A stretch of 64,000 nucleotides of DNA, from NCBI GenBank assembly GCA_018819225.1, contig JAHJQN010000007.1, positions 109,456 to 173,455 of the forward strand. Reading direction: 5' to 3'. The position numbers were made by a program, and so were the translations under genes. The notes under the pieces were generated by a model that did no database searches, was not told the origin of the DNA, and saw only the letters and a list, made by a program, of their open reading frames with translations. This document shows positions 49,326-58,547 of the stretch, piece by piece. Each line of letters opens with the position of its first letter. Position 1 is the stretch's first letter. Origin of the DNA: Candidatus Micrarchaeota archaeon. GTDB lineage: Archaea; Micrarchaeota; Micrarchaeia; Norongarragalinales; SBBD01.

Positions 49326-50586
49326 TTCCCTGTTTCCAAAGAAGTTCTTTGGCTCGTTCGCCACGAATATTTCCTTCCTTAACCATTTGCTGCGCCACGC
49401 GCTCCACATCCTTACCGGTGGCGCCGGCGGCCATGGCCACGTTTCGTGCGTGCAACGCCATGTGTCCTTTTTGAATGCCTTCCGTACTCAGCGCTCTCAT
49501 GGCCGCAAAGTTCTGCGCCAATCCGACACACGCCGCAATTTCTCCGAGTGCTCCCGCTGTTTTCACTTGTAAAATTTTCAAAGAGAGTTGTGCGAGGGGA
49601 TGCGTTCGCGTGACGCCTCCCACTATTCCGACCGCGATCGGAATTTCAATCGAGCCTTTCAAATCCCCGGTCCCCGTTTTCTCCCAATGCGTCAACGGGC
49701 CATACGGTTTTTGAAACGCCGCATAACTATGCGCTCCGGATTCGACGGCTCGAAAATCGTTCCCCGTTGCCATCAGCACCGAATCCACGCCGTTCATGAT
49801 CCCTTTATTGTGAGTGGTCGCGCGAAACGCGTCATGCACCGCCAAGTCGTACGCATCCAATACCCCTTCAATGACGGGGCTTCCCACGATTTCCTTTTTC
49901 CATGTGGCATGGGCCTTCACCACGCGTTCGGGACACAAGTTGCTGAGAATGCGCACGCGTTTTTTTCCTCCTGAAATATCTTCAAGCTTCGGCGCCATGG
50001 TTTCGCACATCGTGTTGACCGCGTTCGCGCCCATGGCGTCCTTTACATCCACTGCAACTTCAACCAGCACCATTTGGCCTCGATTTCCTTGAAGGATGCG
50101 CACCGTGATCTCTTTCGCACCCCCGCCAAGTTTCAGGAGCGTGGAATCGCGTTGGTTCACCAAATCCAATAACGTCGCCTTTTCCTCCAAAATTTTTTCA
50201 CGCGTTGTTTCCGGATTCTTTACGCCGACTAACTGGATTTGTCCCCGCATGAGTGATGGTCCTGCGCGTGCCGTAAATCCTTCTTCGAAACACAGTTTGG
50301 CCCCATGCGATGCCGCCGCTATGACGGACGGTTCCTCGGTGACCATGGGAACGAGTACTTCCCGTCCATTGATTTTGAAGTTCGCGGCTATTCCGTACGG
50401 GAGCGAAAACAGTCCCACGCAGTTTTCAATCATCTTATCTGCCGTCTCCAGCGTCAGACTCCCTTCTTTTTTCAACAAGGCTATATCGGGTTCGCTGAGC
50501 TTCGCTTCCTTTTCAAGTATCTTCCATCGCTCCCCCAGGCTCTTCTTGTAAAATCCTTCGAGTCTCGAGCTAACCATGGCCTTCAT
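49240..50586 (-). CDS. mvaA: HMG-CoA reductase, class II (NADH-type signature)
   Basis: MIENCVG, TEEPSVIAAAS, DAMGAN, THNKGIMNG, GIQKGHMALH. True stop may be near 49322. Confidence 0.93.
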   Translation of the reverse strand: MKAMVSSRLEGFYKKSLGERWKILEKEAKLSEPDIALLKKEGSLTLETADKMIENCVGLFSLPYGIAANFKINGREVLVPMVTEEPSVIAAASHGAKLCFEEGFTARAGPSLMRGQIQLVGVKNPETTREKILEEKATLLDLVNQRDSTLLKLGGGAKEITVRILQGNRGQMVLVEVAVDVKDAMGANAVNTMCETMAPKLEDISGGKKRVRILSNLCPERVVKAHATWKKEIVGSPVIEGVLDAYDLAVHDAFRATTHNKGIMNGVDSVLMATGNDFRAVESGAHSYAAFQKPYGPLTHWEKTGTGDLKGSIEIPIAVGIVGGVTRTHPLAQLSLKILQVKTAGALGEIAACVGLAQNFAAMRALSTEGIQKGHMALHARNVAMAAGATGKDVERVAQQMVKEGNIRGERAKELLWKQGIKKAFAGDARKNARKIQAPSPDFESTPD

Positions 50587-50728
50587 TTGGCCGAAAGGGT
50601 TATTTAACCCCCCCTCTTTTTTATCTGCGATTGTCGAAATAACTAAGTTTTTAATACGTCGAATTTATATACTTGTGTCGGCACTTTTCTTCAATCTTGA
50701 ATGATATTCAACTCGGTCAGTTGATGGC

Positions 50729-51775
50729 ATGACTGTAGGCATCATAGGTTATGGAACGAGCATTCCCAAGCTGCGCATCAAGGTAGAGGAAATTGCGTCC
50801 GTATGGGGAAAGAACGCGGAACGCGTATCCAGCGGATTGGGAATCAAGGAAAAGGCCGTAGCCTCATTCGATGAAGATTCCGCGACGCTTGCCGTAGAAA
50901 GCGCGCGCGTCGCCATTCAAAGCGCGGGCATTCGCGCGCAAGATATTGGCGCGATTTTCGTGGGCAGCGAAAGCAAACCGTATGCCGTCAAACCCACGGC
51001 CGCCATCGTGGCCGAGGCAGTCGCCGCGGTACCCGATTTAACTGCTGCTGATTTCGAGTTCGCCTGCAAAGCAGGAACCACGGCCATTCAATGCTGCATG
51101 GGCCTTTCTGCCAGCCAATACATCCAATACGGTTTGGCTATTGGGTCGGATACCGCGCAAGGACGCCCGAATGATGCGCTCGAGTTTTCTGCCGGAAGCG
51201 GTGCGGCTGCTTTCGTCATCGGTACCGAGAAACCCATTGCAGAAATTGAAGCCACTTTCAGTTATACCACGGATACCCCGGATTTCTGGAGGCGCCAGCA
51301 CGCGGAGTTTCCGCGTCACGCCGGCCGCTTTACTGCGGGCCCCGCCTATTTCAAGCACACTTTAGGCGCAGCCAACGGGCTCATGAACAAACTGGGCACG
51401 CAGCCCAAGGATTACGCGTTTGCAGTATTCCATCAACCCAACGGCAAGTTTCCGTACCGCGCGGCATCCATTCTCGGATTCGAGAAGGAAAAAATCGAGT
51501 CCGGTCTCCTGACCCCGATGATCGGGAACACGTATAGCGCAGCCACCCTCATCGGTTTATCCGCGGTTCTCGACATTGCCAAGCCAGGCGACCGCATTCT
51601 CGTCACTTCGTACGGAAGCGGTGCTGGAAGCGACGCATTCAGCATAACGGTCACGAAAGAAATCACGAAAAAGGCGCGACGTCAACCCGTTCCGGTCTGG
51701 GAACAAATAAATAATAAAAAGTATGTTCCATACGCGATTTACGCGAAACACCGGAAAAAACTGAAAGGCATGTGA
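50729..51775 (+). CDS. HMG-CoA synthase (archaeal type)
   Basis: GSESKPYAVKP, EFACKAGT, DFWRR, FHQPNGKFP, GNTYS, SYGSGAGSD. Confidence 0.93.
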   Translation: MTVGIIGYGTSIPKLRIKVEEIASVWGKNAERVSSGLGIKEKAVASFDEDSATLAVESARVAIQSAGIRAQDIGAIFVGSESKPYAVKPTAAIVAEAVAAVPDLTAADFEFACKAGTTAIQCCMGLSASQYIQYGLAIGSDTAQGRPNDALEFSAGSGAAAFVIGTEKPIAEIEATFSYTTDTPDFWRRQHAEFPRHAGRFTAGPAYFKHTLGAANGLMNKLGTQPKDYAFAVFHQPNGKFPYRAASILGFEKEKIESGLLTPMIGNTYSAATLIGLSAVLDIAKPGDRILVTSYGSGAGSDAFSITVTKEITKKARRQPVPVWEQINNKKYVPYAIYAKHRKKLKGM

Positions 51776-51781
51776 TGCATC

Positions 51782-51988
51782 ATGAAACACTCGACTTCCT
51801 TGAAACTGGCCCGACACGGCGCTAAACTATTCTTGAGCATGACGGTCGCGGCGGCCTACCTTTACCTTTTCGATTCCATGGATTTTTTCAAGTGGATCGC
51901 GGCAGCGTTTTTAATTTCTTTGGCGTTCCTCATCCATCCGAACGTGGAACGCTTGTTCGAAGAAACCTTTGAAATCATCGAGCCGTGA
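51782..51988 (+). CDS. Small two-TM membrane protein
   Basis: 68 aa hydrophobic ORF inside the operon. Confidence 0.6.
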   Translation: MKHSTSLKLARHGAKLFLSMTVAAAYLYLFDSMDFFKWIAAAFLISLAFLIHPNVERLFEETFEIIEP

Positions 51989-51992
51989 ATTT

Positions 51993-52295
51993 ATGTTCAA
52001 CTACGCGGAATTCCTGAAGCCAACGCCCGCGAGGCTCGCGGTATTCCTCCTGCTGTTCGTCGTCGGAGGCTACTTCAGTTTCTTCATTTTCTTTTCGGGA
52101 ACGTTCGGAGGCCGCCCGACGTACGGATTTCCGTTGGGCATGCTCACTCCCGACTGCAATTTCCCGAGCGGCACAAAGATCTACTGTCCTCCCCCCACGG
52201 AATTTCATTTCCTCGGATTTATCGGCAACCTCGTTTTCTGGTATTTGGTTTCCGCATTACTTGTCTTTGCTTACGAAAAAATGGTGAAGAAATGA
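51993..52295 (+). CDS. Small membrane protein with a Cys-pair loop
   Basis: FLKPT-TM, GFP..C..C loop, second TM; ATGA-coupled to thiolase. Confidence 0.65.
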   Translation: MFNYAEFLKPTPARLAVFLLLFVVGGYFSFFIFFSGTFGGRPTYGFPLGMLTPDCNFPSGTKIYCPPPTEFHFLGFIGNLVFWYLVSALLVFAYEKMVKK

Positions 52296-53455
52296 GAAGC
52301 GTATCCGTCATCGGCGCGGGCCTATCGAAATTCGGCGAACGCTGGGAGACCTCGTTCCGCGAACTCATTTACGAAGCCTCACTGAACGCCATGGAGGACG
52401 CGCGCATCGAAGGCAAGGACATCCAGGCGCTTTACGGAGGCAGCATGGCTCCCGGCCGACTGATCGGCCAAGAACACATCGGCGCGCTCATCGCTGACCA
52501 GCTTGGCTTGAACCCCATCCCCTCCGTTCGAGTGGAAGCGGCGTGTGCTTCCGGAGGCGTTGCGTTACGCCAAGCCTATCACGCCATCGCATCGGACGCG
52601 TACGACATCGTGGCCGTCGGCGGAGTCGAAAAAATGACGGAGGTCTCCACGGAAGAAGTGGCGACTGCGCTCGGCGGAGCCGGTGACCAGGAATGGGAAC
52701 TCTTTCTCGGCGCCACCTTTCCAGCGATTTACGCGTTGATGGCCCGCCGTCACATGTTGGAATACGGTACGACCGAAGAACAAATGGCGTTGTGCAGTGT
52801 CAAGAACCACGCGAATGCCGTTCACAATCCGTACGCGCAATACCGGAAAGCGATTTCCGTTGAACAGGTCATGGAGAGCGGCTACATCGCCGAACCCCTG
52901 AAGCTTTTGGATTGTTCTCCGATTACCGATGGAGCCGCTGCATTGATTTTGTGCGCGTCCGACATGGCCAAAAAGTACTCGGATACTCCGATTCATATTG
53001 CCGCCAGCGCGCAAGCCTCGGATACGCTGGCATTAGATGATCGCCGCACGCTTTCCGCTCTCGAGGCTACACGGTATGCCGCGAAAGAAGCATTCAAGCA
53101 AGCGAAGATGACGCCGAAAGACATTCCTTTAGCGGAGGTTCATGATTGTTTTTCGATTGCGGAAATCATGGCGATCGAGGACCTCGGATTCTTCAAGAAA
53201 GGAAAAGGAGGGAAAGCCGTTCAAGACGGTGAAACCCAGCTGAACAGCCGCCTTTCAATTAATACCTCTGGTGGACTCAAGGCCTGCGGCCATCCCGTTG
53301 GCGCCACCGGAATCAAGCAAGCAGTGGAAATCACGTGGCAATTACGCCAACAAGCCGGAAAGCGTCAAGTCGCCAATGCGGAAGTGGGGTTGGCGCACAA
53401 CGTTGGAGGCTCGGGCGCCACGGCCGTTGTTCACATTTTCAAGAGGGGCGATTGA
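52292..53455 (+). CDS. Acetoacetyl-CoA thiolase (archaeal type)
   Basis: EAACASG, KNHAN, DCSPITDG, EVHDCF, GHPVGATG, HNVGGSG. Confidence 0.93.
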   Translation: MRSVSVIGAGLSKFGERWETSFRELIYEASLNAMEDARIEGKDIQALYGGSMAPGRLIGQEHIGALIADQLGLNPIPSVRVEAACASGGVALRQAYHAIASDAYDIVAVGGVEKMTEVSTEEVATALGGAGDQEWELFLGATFPAIYALMARRHMLEYGTTEEQMALCSVKNHANAVHNPYAQYRKAISVEQVMESGYIAEPLKLLDCSPITDGAAALILCASDMAKKYSDTPIHIAASAQASDTLALDDRRTLSALEATRYAAKEAFKQAKMTPKDIPLAEVHDCFSIAEIMAIEDLGFFKKGKGGKAVQDGETQLNSRLSINTSGGLKACGHPVGATGIKQAVEITWQLRQQAGKRQVANAEVGLAHNVGGSGATAVVHIFKRGD

Positions 53456-53456
53456 T

Positions 53457-53858
53457 ATGGTAGGTACCCAACCCCTGATTTGGCGCCGAATACCGGAACG
53501 GTACCGATTGCACGGAAGCAAGTGTCTTACCTGCAACGCCGAGTTCTTCCCGCAACGCCAGTTTTGTCCCAATTGCCGCCGCAAAGGAAAACTCGTCAAA
53601 GAACACATGCCGATGGACGGAACCATTTACTCCTATACTTATGTTCATTCGGCTCCCGAAGGCTTCGAGTACCACGTCCCCTATTTTATGGCCATCATCG
53701 AGCTCAAAAACGGGGTGCGACTCATGTCCCAACTCGCGGACAGCGAACCCGAATCCGTTAAAATCAATGCGTCGGTTCGCATGGTGTTTCGGCGCGTGCA
53801 CGAGAGCGAAGCAGAAGAAGCTATTGCTTACGGCTATAAATTCAAAGTCGTCGATTAA
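53457..53858 (+). CDS. DUF35 Zn-ribbon/OB-fold scaffold of the thiolase-HMGCS complex
   Basis: WRRIPERYRL.GSKC..C...FFPQR.FCP.C, IAYGYKF. Confidence 0.92.
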   Translation: MVGTQPLIWRRIPERYRLHGSKCLTCNAEFFPQRQFCPNCRRKGKLVKEHMPMDGTIYSYTYVHSAPEGFEYHVPYFMAIIELKNGVRLMSQLADSEPESVKINASVRMVFRRVHESEAEEAIAYGYKFKVVD

Positions 53859-53905
53859 GCGCCCAACGCAAGCCCTTAAAAAATGTGTTTTTCACTCACT
53901 AGTTT

Positions 53906-54349
53906 ATGGATTCGACGGGCTTTGAGTTCTCGGCGCATCCGCTCGGCACCGGAAACATGTGGGAATGCAGCTTGACGGGAATCGGCGAGAGCATCCAAGC
54001 CCCCAAACTCTCTATTGTCGAACACCCTTCCGGACGACAATGGTCGGCCGAGCTCACGATTCGCGGTTACTGGAAGACCCCGGAAATGATGCGCGGCGAA
54101 TACATGACGTATACCCTCGATTTGCTTTCCAAGAATGCTCGAATGGACGGCAAGCTCTCTCGTTCCGAACAAGAGGATTTGCGAAAAGAACTCAATACTT
54201 TTTTGCGACAAAAATTCGCGTTTTTCGAGTTTCCTTCCAGGAACAATGCTGAAACGCTTTCGTCGAAGCGCATGCAGGACGCTCTCCTTAAAGCGTTCAG
54301 CACGCCATCCCCTGAGGTACCGAAAGCGCCTCATCAAGGCTCGGAATAG
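53906..54349 (+). CDS. Hypothetical protein
   Basis: 147 aa ORF with a TATA-like box ~25 nt upstream. Confidence 0.6.
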   Translation: MDSTGFEFSAHPLGTGNMWECSLTGIGESIQAPKLSIVEHPSGRQWSAELTIRGYWKTPEMMRGEYMTYTLDLLSKNARMDGKLSRSEQEDLRKELNTFLRQKFAFFEFPSRNNAETLSSKRMQDALLKAFSTPSPEVPKAPHQGSE

Positions 54350-54604
54350 CCGTACTCTTTTTTTAGATCCTCTAATACCGGTCGTATACGCCGATTCGCA
54401 GCAACGCAATATGTACGCCGCCGTCCGGCATCGCCGTAATCCATGAAGCCCTTCCAGCCCTTTCCAGGCGTTTTTTCTTGAAAGTGCTTCCTCAATAGTT
54501 TTCCCGGCTGATGCTCCAACTCGGTTTTCGTTGAAACGGCTTGAATTCAAGAGAAATCGGCCGCGGCATCCGATGCGGTTCTTCGCGGATCATTCTATTC
54601 TCCT

Positions 54605-55903
54605 TTAGGGTGTCAGACGCGTGCGGTCTCTTGGAAACAAGGCGGTTTCGCGAATGTTGCTTAACCCGCAGATCAGCATCGTGATGCGTTCGCTTCCAAT
54701 ACTCCAACCCGCATGCGGTACGGCTCCATACCGGAACGCATCAATGTAACTCTCGAATTGATCCGGATCCAAATCCCTCGCTTTTAATTGCCGGATCAGC
54801 AACTCCGGCTCATGAATACGTTGCGCTCCACTGGCAATCTCCAATCCCCTATACATCAAATCGTACGCCTTGCAAATTTTCGGATTGTCCTTCAACGGCA
54901 TGCTGTAGAACGCGCGGCTGTCCGTTGGCCACCGCGTAATGATAAACATCTCTTCTTTCAATCGTTTTCCGAGCTTCCCTTCCTGCTCTTTCGTAAAGTC
55001 GTCTCCCCACTTCATCCTCTCCCCGTCCTGGTTCAACCACTCGACGAGTTCGGTATACGTATACCGCTTGATCTTTTTCGGAACGCGGATTTCTTGCTTC
55101 AAGGTCTGCAAAGCCGTCGGACAACGCTCGCTCACTCTTTTCAGAATGTGCAGCGCCACGCTTTCCAGGTAATCCAACGCATCGTTTTCGTCGGCAAACC
55201 CGAGTTCCACATCCATCTGCGTGATCTCGTTCAAATGCTGGGTCGTGTTATGCTTTTCCGCTCTCCAAATCGGGCTGATCATGAACACGCCGTCCATTCC
55301 CCCGATTACGGCCAGCTGTTTGTATAATTGCGGGGACTGCGCCAGAAACGCTTTCTTCTCAAAGTACTTCACTTCAAACAAGTCCGTTCCGCCTTCCGTA
55401 GCGGATTCCACGATGCTCGGCGGATTGATCTCCTGCAAATCCAATTGCATGCATTTTTCGCGGAAAGCTGCTTGCACTTCCGCCCTGATTTTGAATACGG
55501 CCTGCGTTTCCACGCGCCGCAAGTCCACGAAACGGTTATCCAGACGCACATCCAACTCGGCAGGGACTTTTCCCGTGAGCTCGAACGGTATTTTCTTGAG
55601 CACGGGCCCCACGATTTCAAGGGTTTCCGGCACTAATTCTATTCCGAGCTTCGCTTTCGCATCCCTCTTCACTTTTCCCGTGCAAACCATGGCGGTTTCT
55701 TTCACCAATTTCTTCGCTTTAAGCAGTAATTCTTCGCTGACCCCGCCTTTCTTGAAGATGAGTTGCACGATTCCGGACCGATCCCGCAATAAAACGAAGT
55801 TGACGGGTCCGAAGGTGCGCGTTTCGTGCACCCAGCCCGCTACGGTCACGGTTTTTCCATCCATTTCCGGGGTCACGTCTTTCACGTAATGTGTTCGGAG
55901 CAT
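54605..55903 (-). CDS. aspS: Aspartyl-tRNA synthetase (archaeal type)
   Basis: AGWVHE, AFLAQSPQLYKQ, WRAEKHNT..HLNE, SGAQR, LFPRD. Confidence 0.95.
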   Translation of the reverse strand: MLRTHYVKDVTPEMDGKTVTVAGWVHETRTFGPVNFVLLRDRSGIVQLIFKKGGVSEELLLKAKKLVKETAMVCTGKVKRDAKAKLGIELVPETLEIVGPVLKKIPFELTGKVPAELDVRLDNRFVDLRRVETQAVFKIRAEVQAAFREKCMQLDLQEINPPSIVESATEGGTDLFEVKYFEKKAFLAQSPQLYKQLAVIGGMDGVFMISPIWRAEKHNTTQHLNEITQMDVELGFADENDALDYLESVALHILKRVSERCPTALQTLKQEIRVPKKIKRYTYTELVEWLNQDGERMKWGDDFTKEQEGKLGKRLKEEMFIITRWPTDSRAFYSMPLKDNPKICKAYDLMYRGLEIASGAQRIHEPELLIRQLKARDLDPDQFESYIDAFRYGAVPHAGWSIGSERITMLICGLSNIRETALFPRDRTRLTP

Positions 55904-55944
55904 GCTAATCGAAAGAACAGCGCCGGCAAGATTAAAATAAGCTT

Positions 55945-57027
55945 CTAGTGCGCCTCCTTTTTTTGAATCCGCAGCAATGCGTCTTCAAACGCGTTCAGTA
56001 CCGCACGGATTTGCTGCATGCGCAACGACGGCCTGCCTTCTCGCGGAAACTCCGCCCGAATATCTGCCAACCGCTTCTCCAAATCCTGCAAGCGAATCCC
56101 GCGGTCGCTCGAAAGCGCTTCCCGCAACACAATCTCCAAATCATCTGCCGCTCTCTTCCTGCTTTGTTCCAACTCGTTTTTCGTATGAATATGGTTCAAG
56201 TGTCTTGAATGCACGTCAAACAACAATTCTTTCACATCGTTCGGCTCGGGTCTCAGCAAGGGGCGGAATCCACCGGGATATTCTTCCGGGGCGTGCGTGC
56301 CTTCCGGCGGGAGCGCTGCACCCAATGCCAGCAACCGCGAGAGCGGGTCTCGCATGGCTCTTGCTTTAGTATTCATTTGCTCTCTATACGTTGGAACGCC
56401 CAATTGCCTTCGCTTTTCTTTTTGTCTCCGTTTGCGTTTTATTAATCGTCTTTTATCTCTTCGTTCCATTTCTTCCGTGCTCGATCCCCGTTGATCCCTC
56501 CATGCCTGCACGCTACGGAAGTTATGCCTTGAAACGCGGGTTCCCGAAGGCTCACTTTTTGCAGCTCGCAACACCAATCCAAATTGCCACAATCTTCCCT
56601 TGATTCCTTCGGCGGGGATACCGTGCGCGAGCATATGGGCCGGCAAATCCCTTTCTTTCTCCAGTGCTTTTTGAAGGGCTTGAATCGAATGCGATGTGGA
56701 CTCAAAACCGTCGTGTTCGCGGACTCTTCTCACCAGCGCAAGATACGGAATCTTCTCTCCATAGGATTCGTGAATGATATGCGCAATTTGAGCGCCCGGA
56801 GAACGTGGAACTTCTCCTCGTGCTTGTCGAAGAATTTGAATGGCTTCCCGCAATCCCATAACCAGCGCTTGAACCCGCGATGTTCTATCCGTGCGCTGAT
56901 ACGCTTCGTTGATGAGTCTCGCGGCCTCCAGATACGCGCGCTTCGGCTTCAATCGCACGAGCGCACTCTTTCCCCTTTCCCGCGTTTCTTCTGCAATTTT
57001 CCTGAACCACTTGCCTCCGCTCACCAT
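55945..57027 (-). CDS. Hypothetical Arg-rich orphan protein
   Basis: ~360 aa, very basic, RRDKRRLIKRKRRQKEKRR stretch. Confidence 0.65.
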   Translation of the reverse strand: MVSGGKWFRKIAEETRERGKSALVRLKPKRAYLEAARLINEAYQRTDRTSRVQALVMGLREAIQILRQARGEVPRSPGAQIAHIIHESYGEKIPYLALVRRVREHDGFESTSHSIQALQKALEKERDLPAHMLAHGIPAEGIKGRLWQFGLVLRAAKSEPSGTRVSRHNFRSVQAWRDQRGSSTEEMERRDKRRLIKRKRRQKEKRRQLGVPTYREQMNTKARAMRDPLSRLLALGAALPPEGTHAPEEYPGGFRPLLRPEPNDVKELLFDVHSRHLNHIHTKNELEQSRKRAADDLEIVLREALSSDRGIRLQDLEKRLADIRAEFPREGRPSLRMQQIRAVLNAFEDALLRIQKKEAH

Positions 57028-57057
57028 ACCGTAATAACCACGCAAACGGAATTAAAG

Positions 57058-57753
57058 CTACTGGGACCCGAAAATGCCGAAGCTGATGGGAATCGATGAA
57101 GCGGCAATTAACAAGCCGACTTTACCGGAAACGAGTATCGTCGCCAAGAACATGGCGATCGCGAACACGGAAAAAAACAGTAACGCAAACGAGTCCCGTT
57201 GCCAGACCCGGAATCCCTTATACCCTGTTCGAATGATTCCGCGAACGCGCACGTTCCTGAACAGGCGCACGCCCGTGATCGTCAATGCGTCCTGCCATAA
57301 ATGCATCCAATACCCGATAACGACTCCTCCGACGAATGCGAGCCATCCTCCGAACCAAATCCAACCATTCCCCCATTGCGCGATGCCCGCTCCTACGGCG
57401 ATCCAAAAAGCGCCGACGAGAATCACGGCTTGCATGGAATGCATGAATCCCCGATGTTTCTTTTCAGCTCCCTGCTTTTTCAGAACGAACGCTAACGGAT
57501 TATAGAACGCGTGTTTGGTGAGGAGTCCGATCAACGGAAACAGCTCGCCGGTCACGTCGACTCCCTTCCACCGCACGCGAAAATGAAATATTTTGGAATT
57601 CGGCGCATCCACGTCCGGCAGAAGCGTTCCCAGAATCAACCCAAAAAAAGCGAACATGGCAAATAGGATAGATAGCGCTTGAATTTCCATTAACGCAAAT
57701 AATGCGGCGCTTCCGAAGAAGCCCGTGATCAGTACGTGAACTTTTCCGCGCAT
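57058..57753 (-). CDS. YdjM-like membrane metal-dependent hydrolase
   Basis: M.GKVH, LLPDVD, HRGFMHS, HLWQDALT. Confidence 0.85.
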   Translation of the reverse strand: MRGKVHVLITGFFGSAALFALMEIQALSILFAMFAFFGLILGTLLPDVDAPNSKIFHFRVRWKGVDVTGELFPLIGLLTKHAFYNPLAFVLKKQGAEKKHRGFMHSMQAVILVGAFWIAVGAGIAQWGNGWIWFGGWLAFVGGVVIGYWMHLWQDALTITGVRLFRNVRVRGIIRTGYKGFRVWQRDSFALLFFSVFAIAMFLATILVSGKVGLLIAASSIPISFGIFGSQ

Positions 57754-57799
57754 TGTTTATCACAATAACGTACATTTCCGCGGATTATAATTGTTTAGC

Positions 57800-58147
57800 T
57801 TATTCCCTCTTCAGTGCTTCCCGCTTCTCCATTTCGATGGCTTCCAACAACGCACGTTGGGCGAGGCTCGCATTCAATTGCAGGCGCTGTTTAGATGTCA
57901 GTATTCCTCGCGCTTTCCTTTTTTCAAGCACTCGAAAGACCCGTCGCATTGACTGCTTCAGCCCGCGACATGTGCGTATCAACATTCGGAGCGGTTTCAG
58001 CCAGCTCGTCAATTCGTTGGGCTGAAAAACTAATTGTCTTCCTCTTCGAATTCCTCCTAATCGGTCCTTGTTTTTCCAAATGTTCGTCCGATCGATACCT
58101 AACCGTTCGCCAGCCTCAGAGGATGAATACCATTTTTTATTAGTCAT
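57800..58147 (-). CDS. Excisionase/MerR-like (HTH_17) DNA-binding protein
   Basis: WYSSSEAGERLGIDRTNIW...GIRRGRQLVF. Confidence 0.6.
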   Translation of the reverse strand: MTNKKWYSSSEAGERLGIDRTNIWKNKDRLGGIRRGRQLVFQPNELTSWLKPLRMLIRTCRGLKQSMRRVFRVLEKRKARGILTSKQRLQLNASLAQRALLEAIEMEKREALKRE

Positions 58148-58274
58148 ACGCGTTTCATTCTTTTTTTACTTCCTCGTTATTCCAGTATCAGTGGAAATTA
58201 CGCTCGCTTTTGTTTATATACTTCGCTCGGTGCCTGTTATTACCCACATTCCGTTGTGCGGAGAGGAATCGCAC

Positions 58275-58547
58275 ATGATCGAAGAAGAATTGATTCACTG
58301 GTTCGTTGACGAGAAGGAGAAGAAGCACCGCAGTGCGTTGCGCATCGAGTCCATTCCCCCGACGTTAAACAAGGGGTATCCCCGCGATGGCATCATCACG
58401 CTTCGCATCATGAACGGCATCGGCGCGATTGGATTCAAATGTTCTCCGGATGAAGCGCTCAAGTTGAGTACGCAACTCTTGACCGTTGCCAAGGAACAAC
58501 TGCAGAAAAAGAGGAGGCTCTGGAACGAGCGCGATGAAACACGCTAA
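58275..58547 (+). CDS. Hypothetical protein
   Basis: GAGG SD, 90 aa, host-like codon usage. Confidence 0.65.
   Translation: MIEEELIHWFVDEKEKKHRSALRIESIPPTLNKGYPRDGIITLRIMNGIGAIGFKCSPDEALKLSTQLLTVAKEQLQKKRRLWNERDETR

Noticed and set aside
49240-50586. Mevalonate catabolism by a degradative HMGR
   Set aside because: No HMG-CoA lyase in view, and the full biosynthetic set surrounds it.
53271-53456. N-terminal extension of the DUF35 ORF
   Set aside because: Overlaps thiolase; the family N-terminus begins at ATG 53457.
41365-53858. Modified archaeal MVA route (IPK, phosphomevalonate dehydratase)
   Set aside because: None of those genes is present in the window; PMK and MVD motifs are classical.
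54334-54592. Small minus-strand gene, possibly frameshifted near 54545
   Set aside because: Two short frames could be joined, but no motif supports it; left uncalled.
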